Of a DNA stretch of 45,171 nucleotides, positions 1-7,885 are shown piece by piece; the stretch's first letter is position 1, and each line of letters begins with the position of its first letter. A program made the translations under genes and the position numbers. The stretch covers positions 1-45,171 of the forward strand of contig JAITSI010000073.1 of assembly GCA_031287845.1 (NCBI GenBank), in the 5' to 3' direction. The notes under the pieces are model-generated. The model worked only from the letters and a program-made list of their open reading frames with translations, had not been told where the DNA came from and ran no database searches. This DNA comes from Puniceicoccales bacterium. Lineage in GTDB: Bacteria > Verrucomicrobiota > Verrucomicrobiia > Opitutales > JAIRLM01.

Positions 1-192
1 GATGAGCGGCTTACGGCTGAGATCCGCAGGGTGGACGATCGACTCACGTTCGAGATTCGTGGGGTCAGGGACGAACTGCACGGAATCAAGGGTCTGGTGG
101 CCAAGTGGTTGATCGGTACGGTCGTAGCCGTGATTGGGACGATGATTGCGCAAACGACGCTGATCCTTTCCGCCATGCATCTGCCTGGGTGA
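1..192 (+). CDS. C-terminal fragment of a coiled-coil protein with a C-terminal TM helix (DUF1640-like / XhlA-like topology); 5' end outside the window
   Basis: Frame 1 is open from base 1 to TGA at 190-192 and reads ...LTAEIRRVDDRLTFEIRGVRDELHGIKGLVAKWLIGTVVAVIGTMIAQTTLILSAMHLPG*. It has a heptad-like N-part and a hydrophobic C-terminal helix. A decayed inverted homolog lies at 44720..44857. Confidence 0.6.
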   Translation, partial: DERLTAEIRRVDDRLTFEIRGVRDELHGIKGLVAKWLIGTVVAVIGTMIAQTTLILSAMHLPG

Positions 193-196
193 ATGG

Positions 197-215
197 TTTT
201 CCGGTCTTCGGAAAA
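197..215 (+). terminator. Weak hairpin just after the stop of the first gene
   Basis: The stem is ttttccg / cggaaaa (7 bp) with a 5-nt loop, 5 nt after the TGA. Only a short T stretch follows, so terminator function is uncertain. Confidence 0.25.
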
Positions 216-254
216 TTGCCTTGCGTGGTGTAGATTCCCCAAAATACTGGCTCC

Positions 255-623
255 GTGCGTACTGAGCTGGAGGAGCAAAAAAAGATCTTCGCCTGGAAGA
301 TGTCCCAAATCGCCGCTGGCCACACATCGCTGCAGCTGCTAGGATTTGTTCCAAACGGAACGGACTTCCTGAATCGCTTTGGGATCATGCTGGGGAAGCG
401 CTACGGCATTCTGTCCGGCTTTCCGGACATGTTTTTTCTAAAACCTGCCGGTCCGTTCCACGGGCTCTTCATCGAGCTCAAGAGGATTGGTCCCTGGGGC
501 AAAATTCGGTACCGGCAGAGGATTATGGGCAAGCTTCTGGAGCAAAGCGGCTACCGCTTCCGGCTGTGCCGGGGCAGTGAGGATGCCATTCGGGAGATTT
601 TAGAATATGAACAGCTTGGATGA
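255..623 (+). CDS. VRR-NUC family (PD-(D/E)XK) nuclease
   Basis: GFPDMFF...GLFIELK matches the VRR-NUC G-x-PD ... E-x-K catalytic pattern. At ~120 aa and directly upstream of the terminase genes, it sits where such nucleases sit in many phages. The start is GTG. Confidence 0.8.
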   Translation: MRTELEEQKKIFAWKMSQIAAGHTSLQLLGFVPNGTDFLNRFGIMLGKRYGILSGFPDMFFLKPAGPFHGLFIELKRIGPWGKIRYRQRIMGKLLEQSGYRFRLCRGSEDAIREILEYEQLG

Positions 624-981
624 TTTTTTAGCGCTCTGCGACCGGCTCATTGCGGACGCGGAGGGTGCGATGGGATTGATCCTGGCTCCTGTGGAGGTGC
701 TGCTGGCGAATCGGTTTCAAATTTCTAGGAAGGCGGTAGATGCTTGGGAGGTCGAGAACGAGGGAGTGGCAAACCGCCTGGAGCGCATTCGGCTACTCCA
801 GGAGGAGCAAATCTTTAAACTGTTGGCGGACGGAAGCTTAAAGGATTCTACGGCCCTGCTGCTCCTGAAAAGTTTATGCAGGATTGACGGGGAAAAATTT
901 TCCACGCTTGAGGAAAGGCTGGATAGCCTGCTGGGAAATCTGCAAGGTGGAGATTCGAACACTGAATCCGCAGCTGCGTGA
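607..981 (+). CDS. Putative terminase small subunit
   Basis: A 124-aa ORF lies immediately upstream of, and overlaps, the large terminase ORF. It is helical, with an ...ALLLLKS... segment like small-terminase families. The call rests mainly on position. Confidence 0.45.
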   Translation: MNSLDDFLALCDRLIADAEGAMGLILAPVEVLLANRFQISRKAVDAWEVENEGVANRLERIRLLQEEQIFKLLADGSLKDSTALLLLKSLCRIDGEKFSTLEERLDSLLGNLQGGDSNTESAAA

Positions 982-2467
982 AAGGTTAGCCCGGCTAGTT
1001 CGCGATCCGGTCCTCTGGATGGAGGTATTTCTCCAGATCCGCGCCAAGGACGGCACGGTCGTACCTTTTCGTCTGAATCGTTTCCAAAAGGAGCTGGCGC
1101 AGGGAGTTGCGCGGGCGCTGGTGGAGACCGGCCGTGCCTTTTTCGTGATCATAAAGGGGCGGCAGTTGGGGATTTCGACGGTTTGCCGCGGCCTGGCCAT
1201 CTGGCGGGCGCTGAACTTCCCGGGACAGCAGTGCGTGACGGCGGCCCACGAGGACAGCCTGGTGCGACAGAACATGGTGCTCATCCGGGAGATGCTGGAC
1301 CGTCTGGACCGCTCCATCCTCCCCTACCCAATCCCCAACATCGCCAGCGATAGCCGAATCTTTTGGCAAAGAAACGGCAGCGCCATCATGCCACGCCTTC
1401 CCGCCGGCAAGTCCGAGGGCCGGGGCCTGCCGGTCCACTTCCTCCACTGCACGGAGGTTGACTTTTTCGACTCCATCCAATCCGGCTGCTGGAGCCGATT
1501 TCTTGGGGGAATTCTGCCGGCCCTCCCCCGCCGCGGGGCCATCTTCATCGTCGAGTCCACATGCCAGGGCCGTGGCGCGCTCTATGATCTTTATCTCCAG
1601 TCCCTTGCGCCCCAATCCGAATGGCGCCACCTATTTTTCCCCTGGTGGAAGGAGGAGCAGTACCGCTCCACCGTGGACCAGGAGCTGACGGAGCAGGAGG
1701 CCGCCCTCCAGGAGCAGCACAGGCTAGATCGCCAGCAGATCAACTTTTGGGCATCCTACGCCCGGCAGTGCGGCACGGTGAACGCCCTACGGGAGTACCC
1801 GTTCTGCATTGAGGACGCCTTTACGGTGGCTGGATCCCGTGGGCTGATTCCGCACGCGCTGGTGGAGGAGGCGATGGCCCGTCCGCCGGTCCCTGACCAG
1901 GAACGGGAGCCGCTCATCATCGGCATTGATCCGTCCCGTCTCCGCGACGCGACGGGGCTGGCGGTCCGGCAGGGGAAAAACATCCTGGCAATTGAGGAAA
2001 TCCCTCCGCTGGGCGATGTTACCGAGCTGGCCCAATTCGTGGCGTCCCGCATCCAGGATCGAAAAAACGCCCTCGTCAACTGCGACTCCGGTGGCCTGGG
2101 CGGACCATTTATCGATGTGCTGCAGAAAACGTTGCGCCGTTTTGTGACTCCGGTGGACTTCGGCTCGCGGGCGGACGAGGAAAAGAAATTTTTCAACCGC
2201 CGCGCGGAACTCTATGGAGCTCTTAGAAAATGGCTTGTAGAGGGCGGGAAATTGCCCTATCATGCGGGTCTGGCTCGGGAACTGTCATCGATCGAGGTCA
2301 ACCGGCGGCGGGAGGGGCGAATGCTGCTGGAACCAAAGCACTCGCTCGCCAAGTCGCCGAATTTGGCCGACGCCTGCGCGCTGACGATGACACTGGATAA
2401 CTACCTATCCCGCAACGCATTGCACAAAACCATTTCCGTCAAACAACGCCATGAGGTCAGGCTATGA
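947..2467 (+). CDS. Terminase large subunit
   Basis: The ORF is open over 884..2467. It has an N-terminal ATPase (KGRQLGISTV Walker-A-like) and a C-terminal RNaseH-like nuclease (LIIGIDPSRLRDATGLAV). The true start is uncertain: GTG 947, ATG 1019 or TTG 884. Confidence 0.85.
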   Translation: MEIRTLNPQLRERLARLVRDPVLWMEVFLQIRAKDGTVVPFRLNRFQKELAQGVARALVETGRAFFVIIKGRQLGISTVCRGLAIWRALNFPGQQCVTAAHEDSLVRQNMVLIREMLDRLDRSILPYPIPNIASDSRIFWQRNGSAIMPRLPAGKSEGRGLPVHFLHCTEVDFFDSIQSGCWSRFLGGILPALPRRGAIFIVESTCQGRGALYDLYLQSLAPQSEWRHLFFPWWKEEQYRSTVDQELTEQEAALQEQHRLDRQQINFWASYARQCGTVNALREYPFCIEDAFTVAGSRGLIPHALVEEAMARPPVPDQEREPLIIGIDPSRLRDATGLAVRQGKNILAIEEIPPLGDVTELAQFVASRIQDRKNALVNCDSGGLGGPFIDVLQKTLRRFVTPVDFGSRADEEKKFFNRRAELYGALRKWLVEGGKLPYHAGLARELSSIEVNRRREGRMLLEPKHSLAKSPNLADACALTMTLDNYLSRNALHKTISVKQRHEVRL

Positions 2468-2700
2468 GTTGGTTTTCCAAAAACGTACGGCATTTTTTGA
2501 GTCGGCTGGTGGGCGGCGCAACGAACGCGGAAAAGCGGCAGCGCAGGTCGCTGCTGGAGCAGCGTGAAATCGCTACGCGGGAGCTGGATGCGCGCCGAAA
2601 TGCCCTGATGAACCTGCGGCGGGCGATTTCGCTGGGCCGCTGGTCACTGCTGGCGACGGATTCCGACGACGGCCTGGGCGGTGGCACCTATGGATCCTAA
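2464..2700 (+). CDS. Small hypothetical protein, translationally coupled to terminase
   Basis: Its start overlaps the terminase stop as ATGA. It is a 78-aa basic helical protein lying between terminase and portal. Confidence 0.5.
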   Translation: MSWFSKNVRHFLSRLVGGATNAEKRQRRSLLEQREIATRELDARRNALMNLRRAISLGRWSLLATDSDDGLGGGTYGS

Positions 2701-4270
2701 TATGGAAAAGCTGTTGGCCAGGTATAGGAGGGCGAGCGGCGAGGCTAAGCTCTTCTGGGAAGCCTACAAGCGTGCCGCCGAGTACGCCGCTCCGGAAATC
2801 AATTCGTTCTGCAAGTCGCCGGGCCTGACGAAGTCACCGGATGTGATGACATCGCAGGCGCTGCGGTCGACCAACGCCTTCATTTCCGAATTCATCGGGT
2901 CGCTGACGCCGCCGAACCGGCGCTGGGCAGAGCTGCAGCCGACGCAGGAACTTGTGGAGTGGGTGGCGCGCAAGGCCGGCTTTCCCGGAGAGGACCAGAT
3001 CCGGCTTCAGCTGCAGGTCCAATACGACGCCATCACGAAGAAATTTTTCGAATGCCTGGACGCGTCTAACTTCTACGCGGTGCTGAAGCAATTTGTCCTA
3101 TCCATCGGCATTGGAACGGGATGCCTACTTGTCTCCGACCAGGATTCCGGTCCCGAATCCGGAAACCGGGCGCCCTTCGAATTCATCCACGTTCCGACGT
3201 CGAGCCTTTCCCTGGACGCCGGCAACAACGGCAAAATCTACGGAGTCTTTCGCGACATGGAGGTGCGCCGGGCGGAAATTTTGGAGCTGTGGCCGGACGC
3301 GGAGCCGGGCCGCCTGGACGGACGGGAAAGCTACAAGTTGGTGGAGTGCTGCACCTATGAACCGGACCGCAAGCCGCTGCCCTGGCGGTTCTGCGTCTTC
3401 GAACCGTCGACGGGCACGAAACTTTTGCAACGGGACCGGCACCTCCCCTACAACCCCTACATCGTATTCCGCTGGTCCGTCGTCGACGGCGAGTCCATGG
3501 GCCGGGGGCCTCTGCTGGAGGCGATGGCGGACATCAAATCCCTTAACACCCTCTGGCGCATCTACTTCGACTGGATCCAGCGCAACGGCCTTGGGGTGAC
3601 GCTGGTCCGCGCGGCGGAGTACGCCACGGCCGACCTGGACGCATTTCGCAACGAAGAATTTCAGACGGGAAAGTTGATCGCCGTCAACGATCCTGCCAAT
3701 TTTGTACCCCTGCGCCTGGCCGGCGACCTTTCGGTAAATACCTTTCTGGTACAAGAGTTTACCAACGCCGTACGCCAGCAGCTGCTGGACATCGAACTCC
3801 CCACGCAAAACACCATGACCGCCTACGAGACCCGGGAGCGGGCCAACCGCATCCTCCGCCTGATGGCGGGACTCATCGGCCGCATCAATTTAGAATTCAT
3901 TGAACCATTTTTCTCCATCGGCCTGCGGCTGATGGCAGAACACGGCATGATTCAAATTCCCGAGCAGGTGGGCGGCATCAATAATTTTTTCACGAAGATC
4001 GTCCTGCAGTCACCGCTGGCCCGGTCCCAGCAGATGGCGGACGTGGACGCGGCACGGGTGGCGCTGGAGACGCTGGCGATGGCGCAGTCTCCCGTGGCGG
4101 CGCAGATGATTAACATGGAACGCTTTGCGGAGTTCGTCTGGACCGGCTGCGGGGCACCGGCGAAGCTGCTCAACACGCCGGAGGAATCGCAGGCCGCACA
4201 GGAACAGGACATGCGCCAGCGGTTGGTTTTGGACCAGGCCAAGCGGACGAATTTGCTGGAGGAAAACTGA
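2690..4270 (+). CDS. Portal (head-tail connector) protein
   Basis: A ~526-aa ORF lies directly after terminase, with size and position typical of a podovirus portal. The ORF is open from GTG 2681; ATG 2690 or ATG 2702 are the likely starts. Confidence 0.8.
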   Translation: MDPNMEKLLARYRRASGEAKLFWEAYKRAAEYAAPEINSFCKSPGLTKSPDVMTSQALRSTNAFISEFIGSLTPPNRRWAELQPTQELVEWVARKAGFPGEDQIRLQLQVQYDAITKKFFECLDASNFYAVLKQFVLSIGIGTGCLLVSDQDSGPESGNRAPFEFIHVPTSSLSLDAGNNGKIYGVFRDMEVRRAEILELWPDAEPGRLDGRESYKLVECCTYEPDRKPLPWRFCVFEPSTGTKLLQRDRHLPYNPYIVFRWSVVDGESMGRGPLLEAMADIKSLNTLWRIYFDWIQRNGLGVTLVRAAEYATADLDAFRNEEFQTGKLIAVNDPANFVPLRLAGDLSVNTFLVQEFTNAVRQQLLDIELPTQNTMTAYETRERANRILRLMAGLIGRINLEFIEPFFSIGLRLMAEHGMIQIPEQVGGINNFFTKIVLQSPLARSQQMADVDAARVALETLAMAQSPVAAQMINMERFAEFVWTGCGAPAKLLNTPEESQAAQEQDMRQRLVLDQAKRTNLLEEN

Positions 4271-5403
4271 TGGGAAAATCTCAAAAACAGCTGTGCGTTG
4301 ACGAGAAAATCCACGGAGCGCTGCTGTGGGAAGCGAAGCGCAGCGGGATGAGCATGCTGGAACTTGCCAACGCGATGGCGATGTCCTACCTGGCGATGGC
4401 TGACGAAGCGTGCGGGAAAAATTCCACCAAACCCAACGCAAGAATTTCCCGAAATCCTACCTGCGAATCGGAAAGTCAACTCGACCAACCGGGTCAACTC
4501 GACCAACCGGGTCAACTCGGGCAACCGGAAAGTCAACTCGGTCAACCGGAAAGTCAACTCGGTCAACCGAATCGGTTGACTTTTCTAAATCAGTGGAGCC
4601 CAACGAGTCAACCGAGTCAACTCGCTCAACTCGACCAACCAAGTCAACCGAGTCAACCGAGTCAACTTTCTCAACTTGACCAACCGAGTCAACTCGACCA
4701 ACCAAGTCAACTCACCGGGCTAAGTCAGTGGAGCCCAACGAGTCAACTCACTCAACCAGGTCAACTGAAAAGTCAACTTTGCCGACCGGAAAGTCAACTC
4801 GATCAACCAAGTCAACTTGGTCAACTCCTTCAACCGGGCCAACCGAGTCAACCGAGTCAACTTTCTCAACTTGACCAACCGAGTCAACTTGACCAGCCGA
4901 GTCAACTCGCCGGGCTAAGTCGGTGGAGTCCAACGAGTCAACCGAGTCAACCGAATCCAAAAATCCACTCAACTTTCCGGGAAATTTCGGACAATCGGCC
5001 GGTTCACAAATTGGCCTTCGACGCCGGAAAAAATTGCTGGAAGGCTGGCCCCTACGAGGCGGTGGTGGAGCTGGTTCCCGTGGCGGAGCTGGAGGGAAAA
5101 ATTTTCCCGAACGCGCTGCAGATCACGATCCGGAATCGCCTGGCCGCAAATTTGCGGACGGGAAAGTGTTTTACGGCCGGCGTCGATTCCAATGACTACG
5201 CAAGCCCGGGAAGTGGAGCCGCCCGCTACGCGAGGACCTTTGACGAGGCATTGGCGAATTTGGAAAGGAACAAGAGTCGAGTGGAAAAGGTGGCGGAGTG
5301 CGCCTTAGATTTTTCCATCCTACGGGAGGAGAAGGTGATCAGAACCGAATTTGAAAGGAGGATGCATGGAAGGGAGCGGGGAGCAAACGCCGTTGAACTC
5401 TAG
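4270..5403 (+). CDS. Three-part protein: N-terminal RHH-like DNA-binding fold, a ~165-aa xQ(P/L) tripeptide-repeat region, and a C-terminal domain of unknown function
   Basis: The start overlaps the portal stop as TGATG. The N-terminus KQLCVDEKIHGALLWEAKRSGMSMLELANAM fits a strand-helix-helix (Arc/CopG/ParG-like) pattern. The middle is SQP/SQL/DQP repeats encoded by the 9-bp DNA array. The C-terminal ~150 aa is non-repetitive. Confidence 0.7.
   Translation: MGKSQKQLCVDEKIHGALLWEAKRSGMSMLELANAMAMSYLAMADEACGKNSTKPNARISRNPTCESESQLDQPGQLDQPGQLGQPESQLGQPESQLGQPNRLTFLNQWSPTSQPSQLAQLDQPSQPSQPSQLSQLDQPSQLDQPSQLTGLSQWSPTSQLTQPGQLKSQLCRPESQLDQPSQLGQLLQPGQPSQPSQLSQLDQPSQLDQPSQLAGLSRWSPTSQPSQPNPKIHSTFREISDNRPVHKLAFDAGKNCWKAGPYEAVVELVPVAELEGKIFPNALQITIRNRLAANLRTGKCFTAGVDSNDYASPGSGAARYARTFDEALANLERNKSRVEKVAECALDFSILREEKVIRTEFERRMHGRERGANAVEL
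4475..4951 (+). repeat. Tandem array of about 50 nine-bp units, core (A/G)GTCAAC(C/T), with a higher-order ~135-195 bp repeat
   Basis: Read directly: agtcaaccg/agtcaactc/gaccaaccg units are in phase with the codons. By my count there are about 26 exact GTCAAC hexamers against ~0.1 expected. A perfect palindrome GTCAACCGA-A-TCGGTTGAC lies at 4562..4580. CAGTGGAGCCCAACGAGTCAAC recurs at 4591 and 4726, with a variant at 4921. Confidence 0.95.
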
Positions 5404-5659
5404 CGGAATTGGTCTGTTGGACCGGGACAGTGCGCTGCGGGCCGTGAGCGAGGCAGCGGCGATGAAAAAACTATTCCGCAGCTGGGCGAAGTCCCGGGAG
5501 GGCGTGCAAATCATCGGGAATCTTTTCCAAGTCTTTGGCGGGACGCCCAATCCGGACGCGGACGGCCTAGCCCACGCCCGCTTTTCCGGACGCCAGGACG
5601 TTTTGCACTACATTTTGCGCCACGGAGCGCTTCTGGAGGGAGGGGAAAATGGCCAATGA
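5366..5659 (+). CDS. Small head-module protein, Bbp19-like (from memory)
   Basis: ATG 5366 is preceded by AAAGGAGGA. A 97-aa protein between portal and scaffold matches the arrangement in BPP-1-type phages, and the segment ...REGVQIIGNLF...ARFSGRQDVLHYIL resembles that family. Confidence 0.45.
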   Translation: MEGSGEQTPLNSSGIGLLDRDSALRAVSEAAAMKKLFRSWAKSREGVQIIGNLFQVFGGTPNPDADGLAHARFSGRQDVLHYILRHGALLEGGENGQ

Positions 5660-6464
5660 GGAAGAGGATGGGGAGTTTACGAATTCGTCGACCAGCCTAA
5701 TCGGGGACGGCGATCCCACTGGTACGGAGGAAAATGGAGTCGATGGGGCGCATCCGGAAACGGAGAAAAATTCGCCGACGGAGAAAGATCCTCTGGCAGA
5801 GAAATACCGCCGCGAAGATGGCGCCCTGGACGCGGACAAAATTTTCTCCGACCTGAAGGATTTGCAAAAAAATTACCAGGGACTACGTAAAAAACTCTCC
5901 GACAGGGAGAACGCGAAGCCGGTCTCCTGGGAAGATCTGCGGGGAGAGCTGAAGGAACTGGGCGAACTGTCCGGCGAGGAGGAAAAAAAGTTCGCGGAAA
6001 GGTTCGTGGGACTTTTGGGAAAGATTGGCGCCCGCAAGGAGCAGGCGGTGGAATTTCTAAAAGAGCTGGGAACGCTTGGGGCGGAGGACAATCCCAAAGA
6101 ATTCTATTCCAAGGAGTTGGCCAAGTTGGGCAATGAAAGGGATGCGCTGATCAGCGACCTGCGCCGCTTCCGGGACGCGGCGCGGAATTCGGGACAGTGG
6201 TCCCAGGAGGACGTGGCCGCGCTGGAGACGGCTACGCAGACGGCGGACGGCGTGCGACTGATTCATAAAATTCTCCACTCGACAAACCTGCGCAGTGCGG
6301 GAAAGTTTTCTCCCATGGCACCGGCCAAGGGGGAAAGCGCCAACGTGAGCAATGAGGAAAAAATAACGGCCTACGAGGCAGCCATAGCACTGAGTCGCAG
6401 GGATCCCGCCGCCGGAAAGGCCGAAATGAGACGCCTCAACCGGCTCTACGGAATCTACGAATGA
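5649..6464 (+). CDS. Putative scaffolding protein
   Basis: A 271-aa, very acidic, Lys/Glu-rich, predicted helical protein lies between the portal and capsid genes. An SD-like GGAGGGG precedes the ATG. Confidence 0.55.
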   Translation: MANEEEDGEFTNSSTSLIGDGDPTGTEENGVDGAHPETEKNSPTEKDPLAEKYRREDGALDADKIFSDLKDLQKNYQGLRKKLSDRENAKPVSWEDLRGELKELGELSGEEEKKFAERFVGLLGKIGARKEQAVEFLKELGTLGAEDNPKEFYSKELAKLGNERDALISDLRRFRDAARNSGQWSQEDVAALETATQTADGVRLIHKILHSTNLRSAGKFSPMAPAKGESANVSNEEKITAYEAAIALSRRDPAAGKAEMRRLNRLYGIYE

Positions 6465-6486
6465 AGGTGCTAGTAAAGGAAATTAA

Positions 6487-6783
6487 ATGGATCCAAATAA
6501 GTTGACGAAAAAGGGAATAGTTAAGCAAATTCACACAAATTCGAAAATCCCAATGAAGAACATTCACGAAGTTATGGAGGGCATACTATCCTGTATGGTA
6601 GCGGCACTCAATTGTGGCAAAACCGTGGAACTGCGTAACTTCGGCATTTTCAAAACCGTGCAGAGATTGCCCCGGATGGGCCGCAATCCGAAAAATCCAG
6701 CGGTGCCAATCCCGATCCCGGCGCAAAACAGGATCAAATTCCGTCCCGGCAAGCACATACGCCGCACCGCCGTAAGCCAGTGA
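6487..6783 (+). CDS. HU/IHF-family DNA-binding protein
   Basis: The 98-aa protein has a typical HU core and beta-arm: ...VELRNFGIFKTVQRLPRMGRNPKNPAVPIPIPAQNRIKFRPGK... Confidence 0.9.
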   Translation: MDPNKLTKKGIVKQIHTNSKIPMKNIHEVMEGILSCMVAALNCGKTVELRNFGIFKTVQRLPRMGRNPKNPAVPIPIPAQNRIKFRPGKHIRRTAVSQ

Positions 6784-6801
6784 AAGGTACGGGGCCAACG
6801 G
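6718..6801 (+). repeat. Copy 1 of an 84-bp direct repeat (last ~63 bp of the HU gene plus 18 bp downstream); copy 2 is at 7717..7800
   Basis: The two copies differ at 2 of 84 positions and are offset by exactly 999 bp. They bracket the Panacea/toxin cassette. Confidence 0.9.
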
Positions 6802-6869
6802 ACCAATCCAAGGGTTTATGGCGCACATTTTGGCTTGACCTGACCCATGGAAACTTTTTAAGTGAGGCA

Positions 6870-7301
6870 ATGGATGGGGAAGATGTCAATGTTTTTGATA
6901 TAGCAAAGTACATTTTGCATGCGATTGGTGGAGAGATCTCCACCATGAAATTGCAGAAACTCTGCTATTACTGTCAGGCGTGGAGCCTTGCCTGGTACGG
7001 AAAGCCACTGTTTCCCGAAGATTTTGAAGCTTGGACCAATGGTCCGGTTTGTCGGGATCTGTTTGATGTGCACAAGGGGTGGTTTGGAATAGAGGAAGAG
7101 GCTATCCCGCAAAATCTTTGCAGCTGTAGCGGATTGAACGAAGCTCTTTCGGAACACGTCGACAAAATAGTGGATGACTATGGCCTATATAACGGAGCCC
7201 AGCTGAGCGAAATATCGCACAGCGAAATCCCATGGAAGCGCACGGAGCGCAACAAAGTAATCCCAAAAGAATTAATGAAAGAATACTATGGGAGCTTATA
7301 G
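6870..7301 (+). CDS. Panacea (DUF4065, SocA/GepA-like) domain protein, putative antitoxin
   Basis: IAKYILHAIGGEISTMKLQKLCYYCQAWSLAWYGKPLFPEDFEAWTNGPVCRDLF is the DUF4065 signature. ATG 6870 is preceded by AGTGAGG. GC is low (~42%). Confidence 0.8.
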   Translation: MDGEDVNVFDIAKYILHAIGGEISTMKLQKLCYYCQAWSLAWYGKPLFPEDFEAWTNGPVCRDLFDVHKGWFGIEEEAIPQNLCSCSGLNEALSEHVDKIVDDYGLYNGAQLSEISHSEIPWKRTERNKVIPKELMKEYYGSL

Positions 7302-7707
7302 GACAAACCATCCATCTTCACGATTCCAGTGTGCAAATACTCCAAAGGATACGGACAGGTGTCTCTTCAGATGGGAGGTGGATGCTCTGTATTTTCCTAA
7401 TGGAAGTTTGGAATTTTTTTGTAAATATACGCTCCCCGTTTTGCGAAAAACCGAAAATTCCTCTGTTTCCTGGAAACAATTGGCAAAGAAACGGCACTGT
7501 CATTGGTTCCGTGCGCTGGCGGTTACCGGTGATTTGCGTAATTTTCTTATTGCAATATGCGAAAAGCGGAAAATAGACTCAGAGTCATTTTACCAACTTC
7601 CTGGACTGGAGAGCGATGCGCATCGCATCATTGGCTATCGTCGAACGGGAACGTTCTATCTTATCTACGATGATAGGGATCATTGTCTTCTCCCTAGCCG
7701 GCGATAG
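7288..7707 (+). CDS. Hypothetical 139-aa protein, candidate toxin partner of the Panacea antitoxin
   Basis: It overlaps the Panacea gene stop by 14 nt and shares its low GC. It contains several Cys/His. The C-terminal ...HRIIGYRRTGTFYLIYDDRDH is faintly RelE/YafQ-like. No confident family assignment. Confidence 0.5.
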   Translation: MGAYRTNHPSSRFQCANTPKDTDRCLFRWEVDALYFPNGSLEFFCKYTLPVLRKTENSSVSWKQLAKKRHCHWFRALAVTGDLRNFLIAICEKRKIDSESFYQLPGLESDAHRIIGYRRTGTFYLIYDDRDHCLLPSRR

Positions 7708-7716
7708 GCAATCCGG

Positions 7717-7885
7717 CCGGCGTAAAACAGGATCCAATTCCGTCCCGGCAAGCACATACGCCGCACCGCCGTAAGCCAGTGAAAGGTACGGGGCCAACGG
7801 CCTAGTCTGTGGGGATCCGTTTGATATGTACAAGGGATAGCCTGGAATTGAGGAGGTGGCTATCCCTCAAAATCTTTACGGCTGT
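7717..7885 (+). pseudogene. Relic: a second copy of the HU 3' end fused to a diverged, internally deleted Panacea gene fragment
   Basis: 7717..7800 is ~98% identical to 6718..6801. 7801..7885 aligns at ~75% to 7038..7130 of the intact Panacea gene, so the first ~230 bp of that gene are missing. Confidence 0.7.

Noticed and set aside
4475-4951. The short-period repeat array was considered as a CRISPR array.
   Set aside because: The units are 9 bp and contiguous with no unique spacers, lie inside an ORF in phase with codons, and have no cas genes nearby.
4364-4972. Extra ORFs cross the 9-bp repeat on both strands (4364..4579+, 4410..4679+, 4457..4705-, 4720..4905-, 4748..4972-, 3952..4566-).
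   Set aside because: The repeat unit lacks stop codons in five of six frames, so these are artefacts of the repeat. Only the 4270..5403 frame connects to non-repetitive N- and C-terminal domains and is translationally coupled to the portal gene.
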